Positions 23,167-37,126 of a stretch of 64,000 bases of DNA are shown here, one piece after another. Made by a program: the position numbers and the translations under genes. Source of the stretch: Octopus sinensis (taxonomy: Eukaryota). Location of the stretch: assembly GCF_006345805.1 (NCBI RefSeq), contig NC_043004.1, forward strand, positions 58,404,001 to 58,468,000, read 5' to 3'. Numbering within the stretch: the first letter of the stretch is position 1; each line of letters begins with the position of its first letter. Under the pieces are notes generated by a model. It did no database searches. It was not told the origin of the DNA and saw nothing but the letters and a program-made list of their open reading frames with translations.

Positions 23167-23565
23167 TCTCTTTACTCCTTACTCTTTTACTTGTTTCAGT
23201 CATTTGACTGCGGCCATGCTGGAGCACCGCCTTTAGTCGAGCAAATTGACCCCGGGACTTATTCTTTGTAAGCCCAGTACTTATTCTATCGGTCTCTTTT
23301 GCCGAACCGCTAAGTTACGGGGACGTAAACACACCAGCATCAGTTGTCAAGCAATGCTAGGGGGACAAACACAGACACACAAACATATATATATATATAC
23401 ATATATACGACAGGCTTCTTTCAGTTTCCGTCTACCAAATCCACTCACAATGCATTGGTCGGCCCGGGGCTATAGTAGAAGACACTTGCCCAAGATGCCA
23501 CGCAGTGGGACTGAACCCAGAACCATGTGGTTGGTTAGCAAGCTACTTACCACACAGCCACTTCC
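23167..23565 (-). mobile_element. SINE family B (CORE-like ccttgggcaagtgtctt, internal (TA)n, (AAAGAGT)n tail)
   Basis: One of more than 12 copies in the window. Confidence 0.85.
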
Positions 23566-23689
23566 TTTATTAATCTTTCTCTTTTTTTATATATATTTAA
23601 AAAATGTGTTACAAGCTGAGGAATTGATTTCTGTGCACTAGTGTTGCAAAAAGAAACAGTTTCATCCCATAATATTCTAAGTCGTTCCA

Positions 23690-23945
23690 TATTTCAAAAT
23701 TTTCCCCAACTCGTGCTTACAACTCCAAGAATTGCTACTATGTTTCCGACTGAAACTTTCTAAATGTCTTTTAGTTGCTCATAAAATAGATTTTTGTTTT
23801 CATTAGAGTTATTCATTGTTGGTGCATAAGAATTGATAAAAATCACTAAATGACTATAGCTTAGTGACATAGACATGGACGTAAGTCTATCATTTAAATC
23901 AGATGGTAGTTCAGTAATATATGAGGCTAATGTTGTGGTCTGGCA
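23690..23945 (-). pseudogene. RTE-type LINE AP-endonuclease fragment
   Basis: ELPSDLNDRLTSMSMSL...IFINSYAPTMNNSNENKNLFYEQLKDI resembles the RTE endonuclease pattern NDRLM..RL...ISAYAPT...FY. Confidence 0.7.
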
Positions 23946-24078
23946 GTTTGCATAAGAAGATTGCTTTGCAACGGGGTTTCTGGTGCAGCGCATTTTGGGC
24001 AAGTGTCCTCCACTGTAGTCATAGACAACTAATGCCCTGTGATGGAAACTCTGTGGAAGCCCATCATGTGCATATTAT

Positions 24079-24109
<31 letters not shown>

Positions 24110-25153
24110 AGCCTTTGTGTCTGTATTTGTTACACAGAGCCCACTGCTTGATGACTGGTGTTTGTTTAAGTACCAGGCTTAACAAAGAAACATAAGTACC
24201 AGGGTCAAGTTGTTCAGCTAAAATCCTTCAAGGCAGTACTTCAGCATGGCTGCAGTCTAATGACTGAAACAAGATTAAAAAAAGTAATTGCAAAATCTTG
24301 TGCAAACCCCCTTCTCAGACTACAATTTCATCCCCCACCAAAAAGAGAAAAATAGTGTAACCAGCATTTATTTCTATATAATGACCATCCCCAGCAAAAT
24401 CAGTTTCAGATAAGGCATCAATGTCCTTCTTGTATTTACCAAGTTCCAAAGAAAATAAAGTAGTTGTTCTTTATGTTTAGAAAATTCAGAACAAATTTGA
24501 TGAATGAAATATGTTGTCAATATTAAGATTTAGAAAATTGAGGCTGATAATATAAGTACCAGCTCAGTACTGGGGTCGAAGTAATTGACTAATTTCCCAC
24601 CCCTTAAAAAAAATTGCTGGCCTAGGCTTTTAGTATATCAAGGATGTTAGTGAGTACTAGATGTTCATTAATAAAGGTCACACTACTTCAAATTGCCTGT
24701 TCAAATAAGTACTTTTCTGGACATTTTCAAGAGTTAGAATGGGTAGAATTCATATTTAGAAGGAGAGAAAAAGGGGAAAGAATCCAAACATAGTTCATTG
24801 CATCTGAGTTGTCATTCTCCAGTGTTAACCTTCTAAATGTCTCAGGTGTGTACATTAGCTAATAAGCAAATATCAAGGTAGAGATAAAATAATGAATAGA
24901 AGAATCTTTGTATTCATTTTCATTACCACATCATACTAACCTACCTATCTCTCCATGACTCTGTGTGTGTGTGTGTGTGTGGTGTATGTATGTCACAATA
25001 TATGGATTCAAGTAACCCAGTAGTACCCATAAAAAAATCCCCTTAACATATCATTTCACAAAACATATAAAATATATGGTATGTTATTAGAATTTTCATA
25101 TTGTTAAATAAAATTTCATCATGCTATTTTATCTGTCAATTATGACTTTATAT

Positions 25154-25196
<43 letters not shown>

Positions 25197-25478
25197 AATT
25201 TAAATAATAAGAGTGAAAAATTGAATATTAATTTAATAACCAGCTGATCTAGCAAGCGGGGCCTCATATCAGTGAGGGGGGGGGGGCAGTGTGCATTGAT
25301 GCCGTCGAGAAGTAGGCCCCGAAACAGCACGCATTCTATCCTGATGACCCCATACACGTGCTGGTTTCCAGTACATGGAGCTTTTGACTGGTTAGCACTT
25401 GCATGTGCAAGATGTTTGCAAGACATCAATTTAAAACCAGAAAAATTATATTACATACATCCCTCATATGTATATATA

Positions 25479-25609
25479 CAGGGTGTCCCAAAAAAATGTA
25501 TACACACCTTAAATAATTGTAAATTTGTTATTCTTTGTAAGCCTAGTACTTATTCTATCGTTCTCTTTTGCCGAACCACTATGTGTATACATTTTTTTGG
25601 GACACCCTG
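25479..25609. mobile_element. Tc1/mariner-type MITE, 131 bp
   Basis: Perfect 28-bp TIRs cagggtgtcccaaaaaaatgtatacaca (25479-25506 / 25582-25609) flanked by TA on both sides. Confidence 0.9.
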
Positions 25610-26127
25610 TATATATATGTATAACATACAAATATATAAATCCTTAAATTATGCAGTAAACCAATAGTTATCAGCTGTTATCTATAAATTAGTCAGAATT
25701 GCAGTGTTTCACAGACACATCTATGAAAAGACTAAATTAACTTCATCTTTACCTGAACCAAAACCAAACTATTTGATCAAGTTATTATCATTAATTTTAT
25801 AGATTAATTGATAGTTTTTTAGACATAAGCTGTTTAATTCATACAAATAATTTTAAGCTGGTTCAGGCAAAAACAAAGTATGATTGGTTTTTTTGTTATA
25901 CTATCCCTAAAACCCAGTAATATTGGTAAGCATGCAATAGTTCTCATTTTGGGAAGTTCCATGCAAAAATTAATATTGAGATTTCGTTAGCTAATAAATT
26001 CAGCTTCTCTAATTCAAAATCTATTCATAATTTGGTTCATGAATTGAGATAGTCATTGCAAGCATCATTTTGCATATTGTTGTAAAATTTTTAACAGAGC
26101 AAAGACTTGTCTGTAAGAGCCTATATA

Positions 26128-26165
<38 letters not shown>

Positions 26166-26170
26166 ACAAT

Positions 26171-26402
26171 GATAAATCTCAGAGCGAGTTATAAACAGTA
26201 GCGGTAACACATCGTGATGCATATTTGCCATTTGAATATGGCTAACCCATAAGGGTGGATGCTACTGTAGTTTGTAGCCCCAGGAAGATATCTCCTCCAG
26301 CTGGCTATAGACTATAGAATATGGGTTAGCCATATTCAAATGGCAAATATGCATCACGATGTGTTACCGCTACTGTTTATAACTCACTCAGAGTTTTATC
26401 TT
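26171..26402. repeat. Fold-back copy of a structured repeat family (perfect 66-bp arms 26186-26251 / 26320-26385)
   Basis: Related to the 59760-63381 family (tagccccagga...ctccagctggc motif). Confidence 0.85.
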
Positions 26403-26589
26403 GACTATTGAGTAATTGTAACATATTATTTTATAGATAAATTTTCTCTATTTACATAATATTGAGGTCTCTTTCTTTCTTTTGTTATCTTACCATTTTT
26501 ACCTATAAATATATATATATATTTATATATTTATATATATATATATTTATATATTCATATATATATATTTATATATATATATTTATATA

Positions 26590-26658
<69 letters not shown>

Positions 26659-28042
26659 CATACATGTTTATATAAACAAATATGGAAAGCACAACTATAC
26701 CTATATAAGACATAGAAAATTCATCATTCTGTTTGAATCCAACACACTATATGACAGTATCTTTGATAAGAAATATAATTATTATTCTGTTTCATCAGAT
26801 ATGTCTAATGTGACTTTGACGTGGTTATTTTTGTTTTTAATGGTACAGTTGAAAGATTTGTGAAGTTTTGTCACATTGAGAATCATGGAGTTGAAAATGT
26901 TCAGATTTTACTTAACATTGGAAGCAAAGATTTTAATAATTTTTTATAATTTATGATTTTTATAATTCCCTCTCACAGTTAGGTTTTTGAATATTTAACT
27001 AGACTTCAGTCCCTCTAATTCACACTGTGTGGCACATTGTACACACATATATATATATGTATATATATTGTCTATAAGGAGAATTCCATTCTGGAACAGT
27101 AAATGCTTTGGAAGGGAATTTTTCATTTCCACAATGTTCATAAAAACACATCAAGCTGGGATATGAATGACATCATTGGACTTATAGAGTATATGTTTCT
27201 GTGTCATAAAATGCTATCAGCTACACACACCGAATCCATCATTTACAGCCCACTAAGAACTGTTGTTTTATATATAAGCAGCAAAAAAATAAATTTGCTG
27301 GCATACGCAAAGCATTGTCAAGTTGCAATTACACATGCACACACACACACATCTTGCATGTCTTCATTCTAAGGAAAAGTGCATCAGTTCTTTTAACATC
27401 TCCTTGGTGTCCATCTGTTGCACTGAGGCAGTCTTTTTTGGTGTGACAGCATCAGATTGCTTCAAGATCATCTGTTTTACACATTATATGATAACCATAA
27501 TTGGGAGCAGTTTCTCAAGCAACAGAAAACAAATGTTTTCCATGGGACCAACATGATTTCCTCTTTCCTTGCTCTGAATGGTCTCAGAATTCAATCAGCC
27601 CCTCACCTTCACGTTGTTTTCATCTTAGCAATATACATACATAAAGATGCATCATAATTTATATAGATTCTCAGATCATACACCAACTGTGATTCCAGTA
27701 TTGTGATGCCCTCTGATCTTGTGTGTATTTGGATTGCATATTGTCTGTGAGCTGAAAGCAGAACTATTTCTTCAATTCACTTGTATATTGCATTCAGGTG
27801 TTTCTGTAGTTTTGAGTTATCATCACACCGATTGACGGCCTGTAATAATTTAGTTTCTTCAGTGTGGCTGGTGAGAGTGTTTGCTGTATAACTAAAAGCA
27901 TGTCTGAGAAAACCACCAGAAACAAACCATGAGTGCATTTCATTGTATAGCAGAAACAGCTATTAGCTAATGAAGTTCATTACATAATTTCTTGTTCCCT
28001 TGTCCTTGATTTTACATATATATATATATACACACACACACA

Positions 28043-28282
28043 TTCTTTTACTTGTTTCAGTCATTTAGCTACTGCCATTCTGGAGCACCACCTTTAGTCG
28101 AATAAATCAACCCCAGGACTTATTTTTTGTAAGCCTAGTACTTATTCTTTCAGTTTCTTTTGCTGAACTGCTAAGTTACAAGAATGTAAACACACCAGCA
28201 TCGGTTGGCAAGCTATGATGGGGACAAACACGGACAAACAAATACATACATACATACATATATATGTGCCAAAATTTGAAAT

Positions 28283-28326
<44 letters not shown>

Positions 28327-28485
28327 CAGGCTTCTTTCAGTTTCCATCTACCAGATCCACTCACAGGGCTTTGCTCAGCCTGAGGCTATAGTAAAAGAAA
28401 CTAGCCCAAGGTTCCACACATTGGCTGAACATGGAACCAAGTGGTTGGGAAGCAAGCTCCTTACTACACAGCCACTCCTGCGCCT
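28043..28485 (-). mobile_element. SINE family B
   Basis: Diverged full-length copy; a partial + copy follows at ~28835-29065. Confidence 0.8.
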
Positions 28486-29481
28486 ATTTTAATTAGATTG
28501 ATGTTCAGTTGTATTGAACAGACTGCCATCCAATGACTATTCACAGGTGGGATCTCACTACTGCTCAACACAGCGTCTTTTACCTGCTGTGTTTCTGCCC
28601 CTGGGCCAAAGCGACCCTCCTTAGGCAACTGGGTCCTGATGATCTCCCTCTCTGGTACCATATTGATGCCAAGCTTAGCATGGACATCCAATCACCATAG
28701 AAGACCGACTACCAGGATTCCCATCCTCAAACCAGCCAATCAAACAAACATCCAAGTAGCTGGATTATTAGAGCATGCCACAACTCCCAGCAGCATGCCA
28801 CAACATATATATATATATGTATGTGTATATATATATATATATGCGTGTGTGTGTTTGTGTGTCTGTTTGTCCCCCTAGCATTGCTTAACAACCGATGCTG
28901 GTGTGTTCATGTCCCCGTTACTTAGCAGTTTGGCAAAAGAGACCGATAGAATAAGTACTGGGCTTACAAAAGAATAAGTCCCGGGGTCGAGTTCCTCGAT
29001 TAAAGGCGGTGCTCCAGCATGGCCGCAGTCAAATGACTGAAACAAGTAAAAGAGTAAAAAGAGTAATATACACACACTTTATTTTTGGATTTTGGTTTGC
29101 AAGATTCTTTATGTGTGTTCATGTGTTGAAGCATGTTTTGTTGTGTCTGAAAAGACTACTGAAAAGTTTGCAAAAAATTCAGGAAAAATAAAGAAATATA
29201 TGAATGGAAATTTTACTGGTGAGTGTGTTAAATAAGAAGGCACTAAAAGAGAATGACTCTCCCCAGAAACAACAATATATGAGAGAGAAATGCATTTATA
29301 TGAGTGTGTTTTTGTGTTTGTACCCCACCTCCATCACCACTTAGCAACCAACAGAATAAGTACTAGACTTAAAAATAATTACTAGGATCAGTTTGTTTGA
29401 CTAAAACCTTCAAGGCGGTGCTCCAGCATGGTCACAGTCCAAAGACTGAGACAAATAAAAAATAAAAGATATGATTTTAGT

Positions 29482-29856
29482 AGTTACGAGCAAAACACGC
29501 CCCCGTCCAATGGACGGTGCTGAGTTGTCAAACATTTAAACCAAATTTTCTCAAAACAACTTGTTTGACCGTTCCATAGTCCTCCCCTTTGAGAAACACT
29601 GATTTAACCTAAATTTGAGACACCAGCAAAAAAAGAAATAAAGATAGACTTTTTTCTATTCCAAAGAAAAATGATTTTATTCACTTTATCGATCACATTC
29701 TCACCTGGAATTGATTTTTGTAATTTTTTCAAGACTTATACATGCCCTGATACTGTTGGTATCTACATATAATATTTGAGCTCAGTCGGATAGAGGATGC
29801 CCAAGATCCTAGAAGACACACTCACAGACAGACAGGACAGATTTTATATAATAGAT
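29482..29856 (+). mobile_element. Another HINE/Lep1-like non-autonomous element
   Basis: 5' hairpin ccgtccaatggacgg; 3' end acagacagacaggacagattttatataatagat. Confidence 0.45.
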
Positions 29857-30179
29857 ATTGTATAAAGAGAGGCAACTACAATGTAAAAGTGTAAAAATTA
29901 TATTTCATTCTGGAAGAGTTTAAATAATCAATAAAGGTCAATAAAAACAGTAAAGTTTCAACGGAATAATTCAATACACTCCACACATTCAAAAGTAAAA
30001 AATTAGAAAGGAAAAGGCACAGGCATGACTGTGTGATAAGAAGTTTGCTTTCCAACCTCGTGGTTCTAGATTCAGATCCACTGCATGGCACCTAAGGCAA
30101 TCTGCTATAGCCGTAGGCCAACCAAATCCTTTGGTAGACAGAAACTAAAGGTAACCTGTTGCTCATATATGTATGTGTT

Positions 30180-30222
<43 letters not shown>

Positions 30223-30966
30223 GTCTTTGCATCTGTTTGTCTGCTATCACTTGATAACCAGTGTTGGTTTGTTTACATCCCCAAAAGAGACCAACAGAAT
30301 AAGTACCAGGTTTTAAAAATAAGAACTGGAGTTAATTCATTTGACTAAAGCAATTCAAGGCAGTGCCCCAGCATGGCCACAGTCCAGTGACTGAAGCAAG
30401 TAAACGATAAAAGATAAAAGAAAGATAATTATTACAAAAAGAGAAGGGACTTAATGTACTGGAGACAGAGTTTGCTATTTTACATTTCAAATTTTATTTA
30501 CAACTTTAATGTAGAAAAGAGCAAAGATAATTCTAGAATCATAAGAAATCTTCGATGATTTGGTTCATCAGATTTCAGACATCCAAAAACATCCCAATGA
30601 TTCACCAAACAGCGTTGATGTTTTCTGGATAAATATGATGAAAGATATAAGTTAACTTTGAAATATATCTTTGTGTATGCTTGTATGTATGTCTGTATAT
30701 ATATTGATATGTATGGGACAACAAGACAGTCTGAATTACAAGAAGCCAAGAGAATGCAAGAATTTTGTAGCTTACTATATGAACAATGAACTTATACAAT
30801 CCCTCTAATATTATAACAGCAACCATTACCAGAAACCTTCTAGAAGCCACAATTACAAACAACTGTCTCCTTCAATTTCTGTACAACAAACACCAGACAT
30901 CAGTTTGTATGAATGTGTGAGTATGAATATTCAAATATATATATATATTTATATATTGATAGAAAA

Positions 30967-30998
<32 letters not shown>

Positions 30999-31182
30999 GC
31001 ACATCATCATCATCAGTAGTTTTGTTTTAGAATTCACTTTTCCATTGTTGCACGGGTCAGACAGAATTTGTTGGAGCAAATTTTCTATGGTTATATACCC
31101 TTCCTGTCACTCAATGTCAAGACAAGGAAGTAAACAGACACATACATACAAGCATAAAGATATATATATATATATATATATA

Positions 31183-32532
31183 CTCTTTACTCTTAATTCT
31201 TTTACTCTTTTACTTGTTTCAGTCATTTGACTGTGGCCATGCTGCAGCACCGCCTTTGGTCGAGCAAATCGACTCCAGGACTTATTCTTTGTAAGCCTAA
31301 TACTTATTCTATCAGTCTCTTTTGCCGAACCGCTAAGTAACGGGGGATATAAACACACCAGCATCGGTTATCAAGTAATGCTAGGGGGACAAACACAGAC
31401 ACAAACACACACACGCATATATATACATATGTACGACGGGCTTCTTTCAGTTTCCGTCTACCAAATCCACTCACAAGGCTTTGGTCGGCCCGAGACTGTA
31501 GTAGAAGACACTTGCCCCAGGTGACACGCAGTGGGACTGAACCCGGAACCATGTGGTTGGTAAACAAACTACTTAGCACACAGCCACTCCTGCATCTATA
31601 TATATATATATATATACTCTTTACTCTTAACTCTTTTACTTAACTCTTTCAGTCATTTGACTGTGGCCATGCTGGAGCACCGCCTTTAGTCGAGCAAATC
31701 GACTCCAGGACTTGGTCTTTGTAAGCTTAGTACTTATTCTATCGGTCTCTTTTGCCGAACCGCTAAGTTACGGAGTCGTAACTTTTCCCCACTTTTTAAT
31801 AAAGTGGTACATAAACACTGCCATTTCACCATTTCAACTGACACACAACTATACATCTCAGTTGTACAAACTGACATATATACAGGCACAAGCATACCTA
31901 AATTTCAAGTAACAACTGGCAAACGTGTGTATGTTAAACCTTTCACAACAAATCTATACATACTTTTGAATAGATAGTCACTCATTTATTTGTTACGCGG
32001 ATGGGAAAAACTCATAAATGTCACAACCAATGAAAATGGACATTTTTAAATTCAAATATACAGCAATAGTAACACAGTTTGGTGCTTTTATAAGTAAAAG
32101 AGTAAAAGAGTTAAGAGTAAAGAGTATATATATATATATATATATATATTTTACTTGTTTCAGTCATTTGACTGTGGCCATGCTGGAGCACCACCTTTAG
32201 TCGAGCATATCGACCCCGGGACTTATTTTTTGTAAACCCAGTACTTATTCTATCTGTCTCTTTTGCCGAACCGCTAGGTGATGGGGACATAAACACACCA
32301 GCATCGGCTGTCAAGCAATGCTAGGGAGACAAACACAGACATACAAATGCATACACACATATATATACATATATACGACAGGCTTCTTTCAGTTTCCGTC
32401 TACCAAATCCACTCACAAGGCATTGGTCGGCCCGGGGCTATAGCAGAAGACACTTGCCCGAGATGCCACGCAGTGGGACTGAACCCAGAACCATGTGGTT
32501 GGTTAGCAAGCTACTTACCACACAGCCACTCC
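31183..32532 (-). mobile_element. Cluster of SINE family B copies (31183-31594 full, 31615-31780 partial, 32150-32532 full)
   Basis: Repeated gtcatttgactgtggccatgctggagcaccgcc blocks and shared tails. Confidence 0.85.
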
Positions 32533-32883
32533 AATACTGACTGTTTACACTGATTTCAGAAGCCATTATCATCTGAACTTTGCATAAGCCATCACTATTA
32601 TTAATATTGATAATAGCAAAAAGGTGGAAAGCTAGTAGAATCGTTAAGCATACCAGGCAAAATGCATAACAGTATTTTTTCCACCTTTACATTCCGAGTT
32701 CAAATACCACCAAAGTAGACTTTGCCTTTCATCCTTTCAAGGTTGGTAGAATAAGTTCCAGTTGAGTACTGGGGTCAATGTAATCAATTTAAACCCTCCC
32801 CTGAACTTGCTAGCTTTGTGCCAAAATTTGAAATCAATATCATTAATAGCAAAATAATACTTAAATACATACATACATATATA

Positions 32884-33070
32884 CGATTATTCTATCCAGA
32901 TTGCAAGTTCAGGTTTACACCTGTAATTATTGGGGTACTGGGATATGTAACACACTGCCTAAATACCAATCTTGAGAAATTAGGCTTCTCAAAACCAGAA
33001 AGGAGAAAGCTGATTCAAAGACTACAGATCTAAGCTATCACTGGAACTGTAAAAATCTGTAAAACTTTTC
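32884..33070 (+). pseudogene. C-terminus of a restriction-like-endonuclease non-LTR retrotransposon (R4/Dong-like)
   Basis: RLFYPDCKFRFTPVIIGVLGYV...LEKLGF...LQI*AITGTVKICKTF matches the P(V/I)IIG.LG...LG...GT.KI tail of RLE elements; one in-frame stop. Confidence 0.65.
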
Positions 33071-33532
33071 ATATCATTTAATTATATATGAGCATGTCTC
33101 GACATGCAACTATATGCATGAGAATACATACATGAAACAAAATATACCAATCTTCATATATACATTCATACATACATAAATGCATGCATACGTAATACAT
33201 ACATACATACAAAATACCAGTGGCATATGATGGTTATAGTGATTGTTTTACTGGTTGTGCGGCCACACCCAATGCCACCGAATTTCAAGCAGGTGTATGA
33301 CACAAGTTTTCCATTAAGATTTGTGATTAAATTAATGAATTAACCATTTTTGATGGGTGTGCAGTACACACCTAGCACACCTGGAATATATGACCCTGCT
33401 AAATACCCTATTCATGTTGTTGAAATTCCAGTGACGGAGCCTTGGATCTAGGCTAGAAACTGGCTCTTTATTAGCAGGAAATCTTGAAATAAAATTGAAT
33501 AATGACATACATATTATATGGTGTGTGCATGT

Positions 33533-33565
<33 letters not shown>

Positions 33566-33618
33566 ATAGCAACTTAGAACAAAACAAAAGACGAGGAAAA
33601 ATGTTGCTAAAATATGAC

Positions 33619-33766
33619 GTGGTAAGTAGCTTGCTTACCAACCACATGGTTCCGGGTTCAGTCCCACTGTGTGGCACCTTGGGCAAGTGTCTTCTACTAT
33701 AGCCTCGGGCCGACCAATGCCTTGTGAATGGATTTGGTAGACGGAAACTGAAAGAAGCCTGTCGTA

Positions 33767-33821
<55 letters not shown>

Positions 33822-34033
33822 TTGTGTGTCTGTGTTTGTCCACCCAACATCGCTTGACAACTGATGCTGGTATGTTTATGTCCCAGTAACTTAGCGGTTC
33901 GGCAAAAGAGACCGATAGAATAAGTACTAGGCTTCCAAAGAATAAGTCCTGGGGTCGATTTGCCCGACTAAAAAGGCGGTGCTCCAGCATGGCTGCAGTC
34001 AAATGACTGAAACAAGTAAAAGAGTAAAGAGTA
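33619..34033 (+). mobile_element. SINE family B
   Basis: gtggtaagtagcttgcttaccaaccacatggttccgggttcagtccc head; aagagtaaagagt tail. Confidence 0.85.
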
Positions 34034-34523
34034 AGCAACTCCAGGTTGACACACATGACAGCTCAATACAACAAACAACCCCTTCAACAAAATCTTCTGT
34101 AGTCCCAGAGACAGCACTTTTTCAGGAATGAGAGTGACTACATGCCAGAATCATGTGGCTTTTCCCTTGCTATCTCCTAAACTGACAATGGCATCCTCTC
34201 AGTGAGGTCTTGGTATCATGGTGGTGCTGGCCATCCTTGTTGAACATATTTCTGAAGCAGCAATTCGATGAGGATTCAAATCAGAAAAGTTCTGAAAGCA
34301 TATGATCATACATTTCTCTGAGATCTTATTTATGGACAACATTTACTTTGCCACACAGAACTTATAAATGATGTTAATTAAAATTTGGTGCATTTGTCAT
34401 CATATTACATCATACTACACTAGGTCATCTTCTATTTATGGCCCACTAATATCTGCTCACAAATACCCAGTACAGCAAGTATGTAACCATTTACATGCAT
34501 GCTCACACACACACACACACAAA

Positions 34524-34564
<41 letters not shown>

Positions 34565-34922
34565 TCATACATACATATATATATATATATATATCCATAC
34601 CAATATGTTACATGATAAGTATGATGAGAATGATGGTATATGTTACATAAGGTGTGAATATTATCTGATACAGACTCAGTACTTGGAGGGGAGGGTAAAA
34701 AATATGATGCTTCCTCTATCAAAAAGTGATAATTTACTCGAGTTTCACCTCGTGCCTGGTCGCACATGTGAACATGTTATGAATTTCTACAGAATAAACT
34801 GGGTGTCAGTTGAATTTAACTAGTTTTGCATACCATAGCATCAAAAATTATCACTGCTAACATAGCAGTCACAGATATTTATTTATTTAACTATCTATCT
34901 TGCTGCATACAAATATTGCATA

Positions 34923-34953
<31 letters not shown>

Positions 34954-34989
34954 AAGAGATCCATGTAAGCATATATACACTAGTGTGTG

Positions 34990-34994
34990 TATAC

Positions 34995-35044
<50 letters not shown>

Positions 35045-35312
35045 GCACACATATAAATATATATACAGACATGCATACTAACATACATACATACACATAC
35101 ATACATACACACACACACACATACATACACACACACACATACATACATACATACATACATACATACATACATACACACACACATACACACACACACATAC
35201 ATACATACATACATACATACATACATACATACATACATACATACATACATACTACATACATACATACATACATACACACACATACACACACATACATACA
35301 TACATACATACA

Positions 35313-35343
<31 letters not shown>
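34990..35343. repeat. (TA)n/(CATA)n/(CA)n microsatellite array
   Basis: Direct inspection. Confidence 0.95.
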
Positions 35344-35344
<1 letters not shown>

Positions 35345-36640
35345 CCTTGTCAGATCCAATTATCCTGCCTTGCATGGTTCTGCCAGGTCTTTTCTAGCAC
35401 AGTGGTCTCCCCATCTGTGGCCGTTCTTCTACATTTTCTTTTGTGAGGTTCACAACTCCTTTCCATGACTTTCCAGTTCTGCAGACCCCTTCTCTTTGGA
35501 TTGCATAGCTCCTCTTTCTCTTTACTAAACTGATATCGTCCATTTGCGTCATATGTCCTAACAGCTCTGTCTTCTCTGTATCTCAGTCTCCACTACATCT
35601 CTTCTTATACACAGCTTTTCTCTCAGCTGATATTTTCTACTTCATTCTTGCATGCTCTCATTACATATATACTGAAGCATGTTTGCCTCTTTTGTCTTTA
35701 GCCTTTACAGATCCATTGCTCCTTACTCTTTACTACAATGCAAAAATCACACATACACAAGCATCATAAACTTCAATTTTCTTTTCGCTCATACAGAGAA
35801 TCACTTTGTTGTCACCAGAAAATTAATATCCTCCAGAATTTTTCTATGCCATCTTACTATGGTCACAAGGTTTTCAGAATACCTATATCTATTACTTATC
35901 TGATTAGCATTAACTACATAGCAGAAAATATCTACTTCTAGGTAACACTGAGAGCATTTAAAAGAATTCATTTTACCAAGTTTTTTCCCCTGTTAGTCTT
36001 TTTTCTGATTACATCACATCCCATAGTTTAAATTGGGCAAACTGTACATGTTTTATGTTTTTTTCTTCTTGATCACTTCTTAGAAGGAAATAGGTTCTTT
36101 TTTTCCTTTTGTGCCCAGTTTACTTTGAGCCGTTTTGGTTCTTGGCTTTACTTCTACATTTATAATTTCTTCTCTAATTCTTTAATGGATTCAACTATGG
36201 AACTAGATCATTGACATGCATAATTTGGCAGGACAATGTTTTAATCACATGCATAACCAGTAGAACTTTAATGAACTAGAGAAAACTGTAGACCAAACCC
36301 TGATGGTCACCTACCTTCACACAAAGTTCTTTGCTAAACTTGCTGCTGGCACTTACCTTGGTGACTGAACTCCTATACGGAGCTTGCATAGATCTTACAA
36401 CCATTCATCCACACTTAATTTTCTTAGTGACTGCCAACCAACAGAACATGACTTGCAGTCAATGAATGCTAGCTATATCAGCTTAGTTTTTATTAAAAGC
36501 TTCTGAAGGTGTCTCAACATCAATAGTTCTCTGCTCTGGCATAAACACGATCTGTATCACATTTATGTCCATTTTCTTCCTTGTTAGTTGTACTATAACT
36601 CTCTCTCTATTACTTCCATGAATTGGTCAATCGTTTTGAT
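35345..36640 (-). pseudogene. Degenerate RTE-clade LINE (RT to C-terminus)
   Basis: Minus-strand fragments such as LREKLCIRRDV...GHMTQMD resemble the RTE C-terminal region; many stops. Confidence 0.55.
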
Positions 36641-36707
36641 GAGATATTTACTTATGCTAGAGTACCACATTTGTTTCTGTAGAAGTTGAGAATGATACTT
36701 CTACACT

Positions 36708-37126
36708 AGGCGCAGGAGTGGCTGTGTGGTAAGTAGCTTGTTTACCAACCACATGGTCCCGGGTTCAGTCCCACTGCGTGGCACCTTGGGCAAGTGTCTT
36801 CTACTATAGCCTCGGGCCGACCAAAGCCTTGTGAGTGGATTTGGTAGACGGAATCTGAAAGAAGCCCTTCGTATATATGTATATATATATATATGCGTGT
36901 GTGTGTTTGTGTGTCTGTGTTTGTCCCCCTAGCATTGCTTGACAACCGATGCTGGTGTGTTTACGTCCCCGTCTCTTAGTGGTTCAGCAAAAGAGACCGA
37001 TAGAATAAGTGCTGGGCTTACAAAAGAATAAGTCCCGGGGTCGAGTTGCTCGATTAAAGGCGGTGCTCCAGCATGGCCGCAGTCAAATGACTGAAACAAG
37101 TAAAAGAATAAAAGAGAGTAAAGAGT
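36708..37126 (+). mobile_element. SINE family B, full length
   Basis: aggcgcaggagtggctgtgtggtaag head through the aagagt tail. Confidence 0.9.

Noticed and set aside
27070-27900. Possible Tc1/mariner transposase remnant on the minus strand (also 25250-25430)
   Set aside because: Only vague motif resemblance; no DDE triad or TIRs could be traced
28500-28790. GC-richer unique stretch with an ~90-codon open frame (possible downstream Kv2 exon)
   Set aside because: No recognisable Kv2 or other protein similarity and no convincing donor; needs transcript data
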